A stretch of DNA of 64,000 bases from an uncultured Candidatus Saccharibacteria bacterium. Its GTDB lineage: Bacteria > Patescibacteriota > Minisyncoccia > Phycocordibacterales > CSBR16-119. The DNA lies in contig CAZHCS010000001.1 in the NCBI GenBank assembly GCA_964531475.1, forward strand, positions 14,712-78,711. The letters run 5' to 3'. A program made the translations under genes and the position numbers. Positions 18,054-27,227 of this stretch are shown here, piece after piece; the stretch's first letter is position 1, and each line of letters opens with the position of its first letter. The notes under the pieces were generated by a model. It had not been told where the DNA came from and did no database searches. It saw nothing but the letters and a program-made list of their open reading frames with translations.

Positions 18054-18983
18054 TTAACTATTTTTATGCAGATACATGTAGATATCTTCGAGCGCTCGGA
18101 CAGCATCGCCAGCAGCGATGTTGTTTTGGTGATACAGAACGTCGGCGCAGTCACCAGCCGCCCAGATACCAGGGACATTGGTCATTTGCGAGCGCGGATC
18201 GGTCTTGATGCGCTTGTAGGCATCGAGCTCGACAACACCTTCGACAAAGCTCGTGTTCGGAATCTGACCTATTTCTACGAAGATACCTGTGACAGGAAGC
18301 GTCTGTTCGCCTTCGGGTGTTTTGATCTTTATACCGGTTACAAATTTCTCGCCCATTATTTCTGTCACTTCGGCGTTCATGATGGCTTTTGCTTTTGGGT
18401 TAGCCAAAACTTTTTCAACGGTTATTTCATCCGCGCGAAATTCTGCCGAGCGTTGGATGATAGTTACAGACTTGCAGTAAGCAAGAAGTTGCGCTGCTGT
18501 TTCAAGTGCGGCGTTGCCACCGCCAAGTACCGCGACATCTTGGCCGGAGAAAATCGGTCCATCGCACGAAGCACAGTACGTGAGACCTTTGTGTTCAAGT
18601 GCATCGGCGCCCGGAATTGATGAGTCGAGCTTTCTGCGGCCCGAACCGGAAGCGACGAGGACGGCGCGAGTAGAAAATTCTTCGCCGTTTTCAGTCTTTA
18701 CGACAAAATTATTTAGATCGGATTTCGATATAGAGGTGACGATGGCGGATTTTGTCTGTAGAAATTCGCCAACGTAATAGTCAACATGCGATTTGAGACT
18801 CTTGGCAAGATCCGCACCAGAAATTTCTGGCGTACCGATCCAGTTGTAGATCTTTTCCGAAACAACGGATTGGCCGCCCCATTCAGAGGCAATCATGAGA
18901 GTTTTTAATTGTTTTCGCGCAGCGTATACGGCTGCAGAAGTTCCAGCGGGCCCGCCGCCGATGATTATCAAATCGTATGTCAT
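18054..18983 (-). CDS. trxB: thioredoxin reductase / AhpF-like FAD oxidoreductase
   Basis: GGGPAG, YCASCDG, GGGNAA, AAGD. Confidence 0.88.
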   Translation of the reverse strand: MTYDLIIIGGGPAGTSAAVYAARKQLKTLMIASEWGGQSVVSEKIYNWIGTPEISGADLAKSLKSHVDYYVGEFLQTKSAIVTSISKSDLNNFVVKTENGEEFSTRAVLVASGSGRRKLDSSIPGADALEHKGLTYCASCDGPIFSGQDVAVLGGGNAALETAAQLLAYCKSVTIIQRSAEFRADEITVEKVLANPKAKAIMNAEVTEIMGEKFVTGIKIKTPEGEQTLPVTGIFVEIGQIPNTSFVEGVVELDAYKRIKTDPRSQMTNVPGIWAAGDCADVLYHQNNIAAGDAVRALEDIYMYLHKNS

Positions 18984-19056
18984 GCGAAGAAGTATAGCAT
19001 ATTTGCTTTTTCGGCTCATTCGGCTAATATCTGCTTAAACTTCAAAACTGAAAACG

Positions 19057-19842
19057 ATGCTTAGAAGGCACTATATCGGTGTAACTGGTATTACAAGTCC
19101 CTATCAGACGACCTCGCTTCTGCGAAGCCTGACGCGTTCTGATTATGATCTGATGATCGGAATATTGGTATCGAGTAGAAGCTTGGCAGGGCGACCAGCT
19201 CTTCGGTGTCCAGATCGTTACCCAGCCAAGGTCCGTCCGATTGTCGAAGGTACAAAGAGCGAGCGTGTGCTCAAGATCTTGCACTATAGCGGCCCAAACG
19301 ACCCAAACCTCTTCGGGGCAGATCTTACGTATATGCACAATTCGTGGGGAACGAATAGTCGTGGCATCCACGGATATCAGTTCAACATGGTCTGGCCTGA
19401 TGCCGACGTGCTTGCTCGCTACAAGGAGACAATGCCGGAAAAGGTAATGATCCTACAAGTTGGCAAGGATGCGCTTAGGATGGTGAATGACGATCCGAAA
19501 TCACTCATCAAGCGATTACAGCAGTATCCTCACGGGCTCTTTGATGCAGTGCTGATTGATAAGTCAATGGGTTCGGGCGAAGTGTTCAACCCCGGCTTTG
19601 TGGCTCCGTTTGTCAAAGAGATCGCTGAAAGCAATCTCGACCTGTCGACGGTTGTGGCTGGCGGCCTAGGCCCCGGGACGATGGATCGGCTCGAGCGTTT
19701 GGTCGAACTCTGCGACGGCTATCGTTTCAGTATTGATGCCGAAGGCCGGCTCCGTGACAATGTCGATCGCCTTGTCATCCAAAAGGCAAGGATATACATG
19801 CGCGAGGCACAGCGCATGCTACTTGGCCCCAATGCTCTTTAG
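19057..19842 (+). CDS. TrpF-like TIM-barrel hypothetical protein
   Basis: IGVTG, YQFN, LIDKSMGSG, AGGLGP, IDAEGRLR pattern. Confidence 0.65.
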   Translation: MLRRHYIGVTGITSPYQTTSLLRSLTRSDYDLMIGILVSSRSLAGRPALRCPDRYPAKVRPIVEGTKSERVLKILHYSGPNDPNLFGADLTYMHNSWGTNSRGIHGYQFNMVWPDADVLARYKETMPEKVMILQVGKDALRMVNDDPKSLIKRLQQYPHGLFDAVLIDKSMGSGEVFNPGFVAPFVKEIAESNLDLSTVVAGGLGPGTMDRLERLVELCDGYRFSIDAEGRLRDNVDRLVIQKARIYMREAQRMLLGPNAL

Positions 19843-19994
19843 CAGAAACCCCCTCGATGAGGGGGTTTCGTGTTTCGGAAAAGAAAAACCCCGCTGATGA
19901 GCAGGGTTCTCTATGGCGCCGGTAATCCAGGTGTGAGTGCCTTGGATTTCCATACCATTCATTGTGGAATCGACCATGTGGCCAAATCTCTTCT

Positions 19995-20240
19995 CTATCT
20001 CCTTATCCTCTGCTCGTGGCATGCGATCTGAAACCGCAACATTCCAACCTCTTCTTGCAGACTCCGGTTTTCACGTCTACAGTTGGCAAGCTCTTCCAAG
20101 CATGCTCCGTACTGCTTATAGTCAACAGAGTCTTCTCGTGTTTGCTGTGTGGTCTCACTAACGTGTACCGCCGGTCCGGGATTGTCTGGGTGACAGCTTG
20201 TAAGGAAAAGTATCATACTTCCGAACAGGAGTGTTTTCAT
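19995..20240 (-). CDS. small lipoprotein-like coiled-coil protein
   Basis: MKTLLFGSMILFLTSC lipobox-like signal. Confidence 0.6.
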   Translation of the reverse strand: MKTLLFGSMILFLTSCHPDNPGPAVHVSETTQQTREDSVDYKQYGACLEELANCRRENRSLQEEVGMLRFQIACHEQRIRR

Positions 20241-20351
20241 GGCGTTTGGTTTTAATATAAAATAGCACACCTATGATCGAAAGTAAATAAAAGCAGAAAA
20301 TCGCCCTCTGGCGATTTTCTGCTCTAGCCATTAGAAGCTAGTGACTATTCA

Positions 20352-21533
20352 CTACTTTTTGCGCCGCAAAAAGCTTGGCACAGCGCTCCAGTCATCATCG
20401 TCTTTCGAATCATCTGAAAATGCGTCGTCGATGATTTCGATCGAGTCTTTCGAAGCTGGAATGAAGTCGTCGTCGGAAGTTTCTGGTTCTGGCTTCTTTG
20501 ACTTTTTTTCTGGCAACTCAGCGACTTTTTTGACTTCCATTTCGGCTTGGGCCTGGAAGAGTGATTTGCGCGGAGAATCGGTCGGGAAGCCTGTAGCGAT
20601 GACAGTGATGCGGATTTCGCCTTTCTTGAGCTTCTCGTCGCGGGTCGTACCAAAGATAACTTTGGCATCCGGGTCGATCGACTCGGTGATGATTTTGGCG
20701 GCAGTTTGAACTTCCTGGATACCCAAATCTTCGCCGCCAGCGATAGAAAAGAGAACACCCTTTGCGCCGTTGATAGATATCTCGAGAAGTGGTGAGTTGA
20801 TGGCGCGGAGCGCGGCTTCTTCGGCGCGGTTGTCGCCACCGGCCTTGCCAATACCCATGAGCGCGCTGCCGGCGTCGGCCATGATAGCCTTGATGTCGGC
20901 GAAGTCGACGTTGATGATGCCCGGCGTAGTGATGAGGTCGGTTATACCTTCGACAGCCTGGCGCAAGACTTCGTCGCACATAGCAAACGCGTCTTTAAAT
21001 GTTGTTTCTTTGTCAGAAATGGCGAGCAGGCGGTCGTTTGGAATAACAACGATAGCGTCGACTTCTTTTTCGAGTTCTTTGATGCCGACTTCGGCGAGGC
21101 GACCGCGATGCGCGCCTTCAAATGCAAATGGACGCGTGACTACGGCGACAGTGAGAATGCCTTGTTCTTTGGATGCACGAGCAACTATCGGTGCTGCGCC
21201 GGTGCCGGTGCCGCCGCCCATACCGCAGGCGATAAAGACCAGGTCAGAGCCTTTGGTCACGTCTTGGATTTCAGCTTTGGTTTCTTCGGCAGCGCGCTTG
21301 CCGACTTCTGGGTTCATGCCAGCGCCAAGGCCTTTGGTCAAATTCTTACCAAGATTTATTTTCTTTGTTGCGAGGGATTTGTGGAGATCCTGGACGTCGG
21401 TATTCATGGCGATAAATTCGACGCCGCCGACTTTCGAATTCACCATGTGATTCACGGCATTGTTACCCGAGCCGCCGACGCCGATCACTTTGATCCGCGC
21501 GAATGTCTCGATGTCAGGGTTTAATTTGGCCAT
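20352..21533 (-). CDS. ftsZ: cell division GTPase
   Basis: GGGTGTG, INVDFAD, C-terminal VPSFLR. Confidence 0.98.
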   Translation of the reverse strand: MAKLNPDIETFARIKVIGVGGSGNNAVNHMVNSKVGGVEFIAMNTDVQDLHKSLATKKINLGKNLTKGLGAGMNPEVGKRAAEETKAEIQDVTKGSDLVFIACGMGGGTGTGAAPIVARASKEQGILTVAVVTRPFAFEGAHRGRLAEVGIKELEKEVDAIVVIPNDRLLAISDKETTFKDAFAMCDEVLRQAVEGITDLITTPGIINVDFADIKAIMADAGSALMGIGKAGGDNRAEEAALRAINSPLLEISINGAKGVLFSIAGGEDLGIQEVQTAAKIITESIDPDAKVIFGTTRDEKLKKGEIRITVIATGFPTDSPRKSLFQAQAEMEVKKVAELPEKKSKKPEPETSDDDFIPASKDSIEIIDDAFSDDSKDDDDWSAVPSFLRRKK

Positions 21534-21613
21534 AAATTAATGTTTAGTGTCGTTGCTAAGCTGTGCCAAGTATATTACCAGAATTTAGGGATTGTCAAAG
21601 GAGGGGGGCAACA

Positions 21614-21643
21614 TTGACAATACAGGTTTTTATATGGTAATTT
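21614..21643 (+). promoter_or_regulatory. sigma70-type promoter of cassette
   Basis: TTGACA...TGGTAATTT. Confidence 0.6.
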
Positions 21644-21667
21644 CTGGCAAAACAAAACAAAGGTGCC

Positions 21668-22183
21668 ATGACAAAACAGCGCAATTTTACCTGCAGGCTT
21701 GGAGGGACGCCTATCGCCGAGCAAATGCAATCGATGGAGGCTTCCGGTTTCGAGTTCAGTCGCGGAGCCGTTCAGTTTTTTGAGGACACTATTTCGAGCG
21801 ATAAAAGAGTTGCTCGTATCCGTTTGGTTACTCCCAAAGATCTGGGATTGGTTGATGAGGTCGCGGCCGGCTTCGATCTGCCTGTCGTTATCGAGCAGGC
21901 AAGGGCGAAAGGATATCTGCCGTGTCACCCGGAAGTCGCTCTTCATTTGCGTCGCAGGTTCAAGGGTGATGAGCAATCGGCGCACTATCCTTGGGGAGAC
22001 ATTGTTCTTGTCGTAACAAAGCGAAGCTTGCTTCCCGAGCCCAACACGCTGGTAGTCGGTGAGACTACTCAAGATCCGGATGAGTCAAAGGAGCTGAAGA
22101 TCCTGACAACAAATGAAGGGGAGTCTTCGAGACTGACCTCGGTGTATCTCAATCAGCTGTTGGCTTTCGAGGTCGGAGTCTGA
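21668..22183 (+). CDS. hypothetical protein between ftsA and ftsZ on the opposite strand
   Basis: 171-aa ORF (VTPKDLGL..CHPEVALHLR) with promoter and terminator at 22192-22224. Confidence 0.72.
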   Translation: MTKQRNFTCRLGGTPIAEQMQSMEASGFEFSRGAVQFFEDTISSDKRVARIRLVTPKDLGLVDEVAAGFDLPVVIEQARAKGYLPCHPEVALHLRRRFKGDEQSAHYPWGDIVLVVTKRSLLPEPNTLVVGETTQDPDESKELKILTTNEGESSRLTSVYLNQLLAFEVGV

Positions 22184-22260
22184 CACATTTGAAAGCCGCG
22201 TGGTCACAGACCGCGCGGCTTTTTCATTTCGTGCTACTTACTACTCTCTACCTGCTTACG

Positions 22261-23424
22261 CTATGGCATGAGCTGCTTGCCAATGCCGCTACCAAGTTTT
22301 TTCAAACTATGCCAAATGTGCGAAAAGATATTTGGATAATCATTACCGCGGCGTTCGGTTTCTTTGCCTGACATGGCGAGTCCATAGGCGACGAACCAAG
22401 TTGGGTCTATGGTGTTTTTGCTTTTGAGGCCGTTTACTTTTGATGGCAAACCGAGGATGCGTTTGGCCACGTCTTCGATACCTTTTATACTCGCCGCGCC
22501 GCCGATGATGATTGCACCCGCTGGCAAGCGTTCATCACGGTTTATTTTTTTCAAAAACTTGCCGACGACGTCGAATATCTCGTGTACGCGTCCGGCAATT
22601 ATGTCATCAATTTTTTTCTGAGGCATGTCGGTGGTGGTGCGGCCTAGCTTCAAGCCTTCGGCTTCTTCGAGCGCGATCTTGAGCCCGAGTGCTAGGTCGT
22701 TGGTGATATTGTTCGAGCCTATCGGGAAAACTTTTAGTGAAATGATATTGCCGTCTTCGAAAACTATGACCGATGTCGTTTCGTCACCAATATCGACCAA
22801 AATACAGCCAGCAAAACGTTCGCGGTCGTCGAGGGCCGTCGTCGATGCGGCGATAGGCGAAGCGACGACGTCGACGACATCGATCCCGGCAGCGTTGACG
22901 GCCGAAACAATGTCTTCGAGATGTTGATTGCCACAGGCGATGAAAAGCGAGGTTATCTCGAGTCGTACGCCGCGAAGACCCTCTATTTTGCCATAGACTT
23001 CGCGGCCATCGAGTTTGTGTATGACTGGCACTGTTTCGATAATGCGCTTGTTTGGAACTTTTAAATTTTGTTCGCTGTCTTTGATGGCTTTTTCGATATC
23101 GAAATTGGTTACTTCATTGTCGGCACGGGAAATGATGGCCGAACCACGAGCGACTTTTGATTCGAGCGTAATGCCTCCGACAGAAACAGATGCTTCGCGG
23201 ATTTTGATACCAGAGCTCACTTCGGCCTCGCGCGCGGCTTCGGCAATAGTTTTGATAAGTTCTTTCTGGTCGTGGACGAAGCCGCGCGCGAGGCCTCGGG
23301 TTTTCGTCATGCCGGTACCGATAATACGCGACGTTTTCTTGTCGCGCTCTGCGCCATGCTCGACAACCATGATCCGTGTGGTCGAGCAACCGATATCTAT
23401 TCCGACGGTAACGTTTTTAGCCAT
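22261..23424 (-). CDS. ftsA: cell division protein FtsA
   Basis: GIDIG, LVDIGDETT, GSNNITNDLA..AEGLK; near ftsZ. Confidence 0.92.
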   Translation of the reverse strand: MAKNVTVGIDIGCSTTRIMVVEHGAERDKKTSRIIGTGMTKTRGLARGFVHDQKELIKTIAEAAREAEVSSGIKIREASVSVGGITLESKVARGSAIISRADNEVTNFDIEKAIKDSEQNLKVPNKRIIETVPVIHKLDGREVYGKIEGLRGVRLEITSLFIACGNQHLEDIVSAVNAAGIDVVDVVASPIAASTTALDDRERFAGCILVDIGDETTSVIVFEDGNIISLKVFPIGSNNITNDLALGLKIALEEAEGLKLGRTTTDMPQKKIDDIIAGRVHEIFDVVGKFLKKINRDERLPAGAIIIGGAASIKGIEDVAKRILGLPSKVNGLKSKNTIDPTWFVAYGLAMSGKETERRGNDYPNIFSHIWHSLKKLGSGIGKQLMP

Positions 23425-23458
23425 TGGTGTGGAGGAAAACCGCAGGCTTTTGGCAATA

Positions 23459-23851
23459 TTAAAAACCGAAACTCTTCATCAAGCGTTTTTCCTTGGCTTC
23501 CATTGTACTACCGTGCCGCTGTCCGGCCAAATGGAGCATACCGTGGATAACTAAAAAGGCGACATGTTGATTACATCCGCGACCATACAACAGGCATTCG
23601 GCCTTGGCTGCGGCGAGCGAGATGACGATTTCTCCCGAATTTTTTGAGAGCGGGAAAGACAGGACATTTATATGCGTTGGATCTCCTTTGTAAGTTTGCG
23701 AGAGTTCGCGCATTTTTGCCGTCGAGACAAATGAAATGGAAAGTTCGTATTTTGGTCCCAAGATTTCTTTATACAATTCGGCAAAAGGCACTCGAGGAAG
23801 AGTGCCTTTGGTCATATTAGAGACGTCCAAATTTTCGGCGCCGCGAAACAT
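23459..23851 (-). CDS. ybeY: rRNA maturation endoribonuclease
   Basis: NVLSFP, GEIVI, HGMLHLAGQRH. Confidence 0.9.
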   Translation of the reverse strand: MFRGAENLDVSNMTKGTLPRVPFAELYKEILGPKYELSISFVSTAKMRELSQTYKGDPTHINVLSFPLSKNSGEIVISLAAAKAECLLYGRGCNQHVAFLVIHGMLHLAGQRHGSTMEAKEKRLMKSFGF

Positions 23852-24078
23852 TAGGCGATCTTGCCGAGCTTCTTGAGACGCGCGTATTCGGCGCGGCGCT
23901 CGAGTCGTTTGAGAGCGTTTTTCTTGTTTACGAATGCCGATGGAAGGCGCTTTGCATAGCGACCTTCTTTGACATGTTTTACGATGCCAGATTCGCGGAC
24001 GCGGCGCGAAAAGCGGCGCATAACAGATGCGCTAGATTCGGTGCCGTTCTTTTTGATTTCGATGACTGTTCGTGCCAT
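23851..24078 (-). CDS. rpsU: 30S ribosomal protein S21
   Basis: ES..SVMRRFSRRVRESG, basic, 75 aa. Confidence 0.75.
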   Translation of the reverse strand: MARTVIEIKKNGTESSASVMRRFSRRVRESGIVKHVKEGRYAKRLPSAFVNKKNALKRLERRAEYARLKKLGKIA

Positions 24079-24171
24079 AGGTTTGCCTAAGATACCATAT
24101 GATGAAAAATGGTGCAATAGCAGGGCGGGGAAAGCAAAAGCCGCCCACGTTTGACGTGGGCGGCTGGTGTG

Positions 24172-24699
24172 CTAGGCGACTTGTTCCTCGAGCTTGCCGT
24201 ACTTGGCAGCGAAGGTGCGGATCCCGTCGATGAGATCAGCGGACGGTTCATCCTTCTTACTGTATAGTGTGTAGCGCTCGGGGCCACTCCTGCCGAATCT
24301 TAGGTTGATGTGTCCTGCGCTTTCCCTAACGCTTTTAGTTGCATGATAAGGGAGATTGAGACGAACGAGTTCGCTGATGACCTGATTCGCTTCAGGACTG
24401 CCGTGATGCTGCATAAAAATGAGCGGTATCCGGCTTCTCCACGCCATGTTCGGCAAAAAATCATCAGTAGGCTCAAGATCCAGCATAGTCGCGAGTTTCC
24501 GGACAGTTTCTTCTGGTATCGTCTGCAGCCTGATCAGTAGTCTGCCGCTGTCTTTAGGTTCCTCACTGTCTGGTCCGCAAGCGCCAAGTCGCATTTCGTG
24601 GTCTGATGGATCGAACGTGAGCACATAGTCGTATTTCCTCACGTGTGCCTCGAAGAAATGCTCAGTTGCAAGAAAAGTTCCGAGAAGGATTGAGCTCAT
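24172..24699 (-). CDS. hypothetical protein
   Basis: 175-aa ORF; TTGACA at about 24749-24754, CAAAAC leader, terminator near 24137-24166. Confidence 0.68.
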   Translation of the reverse strand: MSSILLGTFLATEHFFEAHVRKYDYVLTFDPSDHEMRLGACGPDSEEPKDSGRLLIRLQTIPEETVRKLATMLDLEPTDDFLPNMAWRSRIPLIFMQHHGSPEANQVISELVRLNLPYHATKSVRESAGHINLRFGRSGPERYTLYSKKDEPSADLIDGIRTFAAKYGKLEEQVA

Positions 24700-24761
24700 G
24701 TATTGTAAAGTTTTGGTTCGGCTGTACGATACGTGAACCCTTTGTGATTGTCAAACGTTAA

Positions 24762-24784
24762 GACTAGAGGTCCGACCTCTAGTC
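24762..24784. repeat. palindrome GACTAGAGGTCCGACCTCTAGTC abutting the priA stop
   Basis: Core GAGGTCCGACCTC shared with the mnmA insert. Confidence 0.75.
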
Positions 24785-26524
24785 CTAGAGCATCTCCGGG
24801 TTGATCCGGATCTGCCAATCGGGGCCGAGAGAGGCGAGGATGCTCGAGAGATGCGGGTTTTGGAATAATTCGTTCCATTCATTCTTTGCGAGCTTCATGA
24901 CGATGACGGTTTCAAATGCCTTGCCGCGTTTGATTCGGCGTGGGAGCGGGGACCAGTCGGCGAGCATGGTGAGGAGTGGTGCAGCGACGCTTTCGAAATC
25001 GTCTTTTGGAGGGATACGCGACAAGCGGACGATCGTGCCAAATGGCGGATAGCTAAACTTTTCTCGCATGAGTTTTTCTGATTCGTAAAATTTTGCGAGG
25101 TCACCACTTGTCGCGGCAATGATGGCTGGCGTGCTTGGTTCGCGGGTTTGGAGAAATACATTATCGGATAGTTTTCCGATGGCCAGCGCGAGACGGAGCA
25201 TCTTTTCATACACACGAAATGACGGAAGCGAGAGAAGTGCGTCCATGGAAATGACGGCAGCGACATCGAGGCGTTTCTCGAGGTACGGCAACGCGAGTTC
25301 CGTACCGACGAGAATCGCATTATTCGACGCGTAAAACTTTTCGATGACCTCGCGGACTTTTTTGTCAGTTTTGACTGTGTCGCCGTCGATTTGAAAAATT
25401 TCTTTTTTCGGAAATAGTTTTTCTGCTTCTTGTGCCACTGTGTCCGTGCCGATACCGAGCGAATCGAAATTCCAACTGTCGCATATAGGGCAGCGTGTGC
25501 GAGTGTCTAGTACAGTGTTAGTGAGTGGGTTGATTAGTATACGCTGGCCGCCACGTTCACGAAGTGCGAGCGGTGTATCGCCGTCTTTTAATATGTGTCC
25601 GCAATCGTGACAGACGACAGAGCTCGCCAAGCCTTTTTTGAGCGAAAAGAGAAATGCGTGCTTTGATTCGCGAACAGCTTCGAACACTGCGCTTGAAAAG
25701 ATAAAACTTTTCTTATATCGCGCTTCCTTATCACTCATGTCGCAAGTATTCAAGGTCGAACCTTGAATACTTGGAATCGGGAGATATTGTTCGACGATCG
25801 TTTCGAGTGTCGTTGGATTTTCAAATATAAGTTTTGTGTTTAGGGATTTTGCAAGTAGTCGAGCAAAGACGCGCAGGTCGAAATAGGGACGCTTGATTGT
25901 GCGGTAGGCGGCGTTGCCTTCGTCGTGAATGATGATGGTGCCAAGATCGTGTCGTGGTGTGAAAAGAAAAGTTGGCGTCATAACGACGGTAATAGGATTT
26001 GTGCACTCTAATATTTCCTTGTAACGGGCGAAAAGAGTTTTCTTGCGCAAGCTTCCATGAATAATGAATGTTCTATCGAGGTCGAACTTCGATAGATTTT
26101 CATAAAGTTTTTCGGCGGCGCGGACGGTCGGCGCGATATGAAAGATAGTTGTGCCGACCGTCCGCGCCGCCGGTTTCGGCAACTCTTGGTGCTTGGTCAA
26201 GAACTCCGACGGAATAAAATAATTGATGATCTGGCCCAAGTTTCCAGCCGAAAAATCACGCGCGGCGCGGCACCCTTCGAAAAATTCTCTATAGAAGGGT
26301 GCCGCGCCGCGCTTCTCGCGCACTTTCCGTAATGCAAAATCAGAACCTTTGACATCTATCTTTCTTTTCGCCAAGTCGTCAACCGCGACTACTAGTGCAT
26401 CATAGGTTTTTTTTCGTATGTCTATAGACACGATATCGCCGACACTAATATCTTTGGACGAAAAATAGGTGAGCGAGTCTTTCGCGACTTTGTCGGTGAT
26501 TGGTGAGACTTCGATAAGCTTCAT
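24785..26524 (-). CDS. priA: primosomal protein N'-like (degenerate helicase)
   Basis: IIHDE..Y..PYFDLR, CHDC/CPIC, GIGT, ILVGT, YPPF; no Walker A. Confidence 0.85.
   Translation of the reverse strand: MKLIEVSPITDKVAKDSLTYFSSKDISVGDIVSIDIRKKTYDALVVAVDDLAKRKIDVKGSDFALRKVREKRGAAPFYREFFEGCRAARDFSAGNLGQIINYFIPSEFLTKHQELPKPAARTVGTTIFHIAPTVRAAEKLYENLSKFDLDRTFIIHGSLRKKTLFARYKEILECTNPITVVMTPTFLFTPRHDLGTIIIHDEGNAAYRTIKRPYFDLRVFARLLAKSLNTKLIFENPTTLETIVEQYLPIPSIQGSTLNTCDMSDKEARYKKSFIFSSAVFEAVRESKHAFLFSLKKGLASSVVCHDCGHILKDGDTPLALRERGGQRILINPLTNTVLDTRTRCPICDSWNFDSLGIGTDTVAQEAEKLFPKKEIFQIDGDTVKTDKKVREVIEKFYASNNAILVGTELALPYLEKRLDVAAVISMDALLSLPSFRVYEKMLRLALAIGKLSDNVFLQTREPSTPAIIAATSGDLAKFYESEKLMREKFSYPPFGTIVRLSRIPPKDDFESVAAPLLTMLADWSPLPRRIKRGKAFETVIVMKLAKNEWNELFQNPHLSSILASLGPDWQIRINPEML
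25745..25771. repeat. 27-bp palindrome in frame in priA
   Basis: Identical to the tsaD copy; SIQGSTLNT. Confidence 0.9.
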
Positions 26525-26639
26525 CCCGTTAGAAGCAGGTCGCGGTCATTCCGCAAACTGCTTTGGTTAGAATTGTAATTTTTACTTGTTTTGCAATCAT
26601 AGATTTTATCGATATCCCGTGACCGCGGCTTCTAACGGG
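26525..26639. mobile_element. MITE-like element abutting the priA start codon
   Basis: Terminal inverted repeats CCCGTTAGAAGC / GCTTCTAACGGG. Confidence 0.72.
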
Positions 26640-26699
26640 ATTCATAATGCCATTCTACCATTTCCAGCAAACAAAAAGCCCCGAGCGCGCTCGGGGCTT

Positions 26700-27113
26700 T
26701 CAGTACGTAGCAAGGACTTGTTGCACCATGACCCAACGATGCTCTTTGCGGTCACGTTGACCCTTGTTACAGGGGTAGAAATATGAGTGATAGGTGCAGT
26801 AAATCGGCATCTCCCATGTTTCATTCGGTGATCGGAATGCGAGGCAGCTTCGGTGGTTGGATTCTGTCGTAGGCTTAGCGAGATCGGCCATGCATATCAA
26901 GATCTTGTCGGCGATATCGAAATTGCGACTACTTATAACCGACGTAAAGAATCTGAATTGTTGCCTATCCACGGGTACCATGTTTAGAGCTGCAAGTTTG
27001 CTCGCGTAGTTGCCCGGTTCGAAGGTGCTGATACTTATCAGAAAAAGCGGTAGACGGGTCAAGCGCAAGGGCTCGACTTTCGTCTTGAAAATCGGCTCGG
27101 TTACGCGATCCAT
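26700..27113 (-). CDS. hypothetical protein
   Basis: Start MDRVTEP after TGTGGTATAGA and a CAAAAC leader; terminator at 26674-26700. Confidence 0.6.
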   Translation of the reverse strand: MDRVTEPIFKTKVEPLRLTRLPLFLISISTFEPGNYASKLAALNMVPVDRQQFRFFTSVISSRNFDIADKILICMADLAKPTTESNHRSCLAFRSPNETWEMPIYCTYHSYFYPCNKGQRDRKEHRWVMVQQVLATY

Positions 27114-27227
27114 CTTTATTGGTTTTGCTTCATCTATACCACATTCCTTCCCAAAAAAGAACCGCCCGAGCCGGCGATTGTCAATAGTCGTGTACAAATT
27201 CCCAAAATGCTATACTCCGTTTATCTT

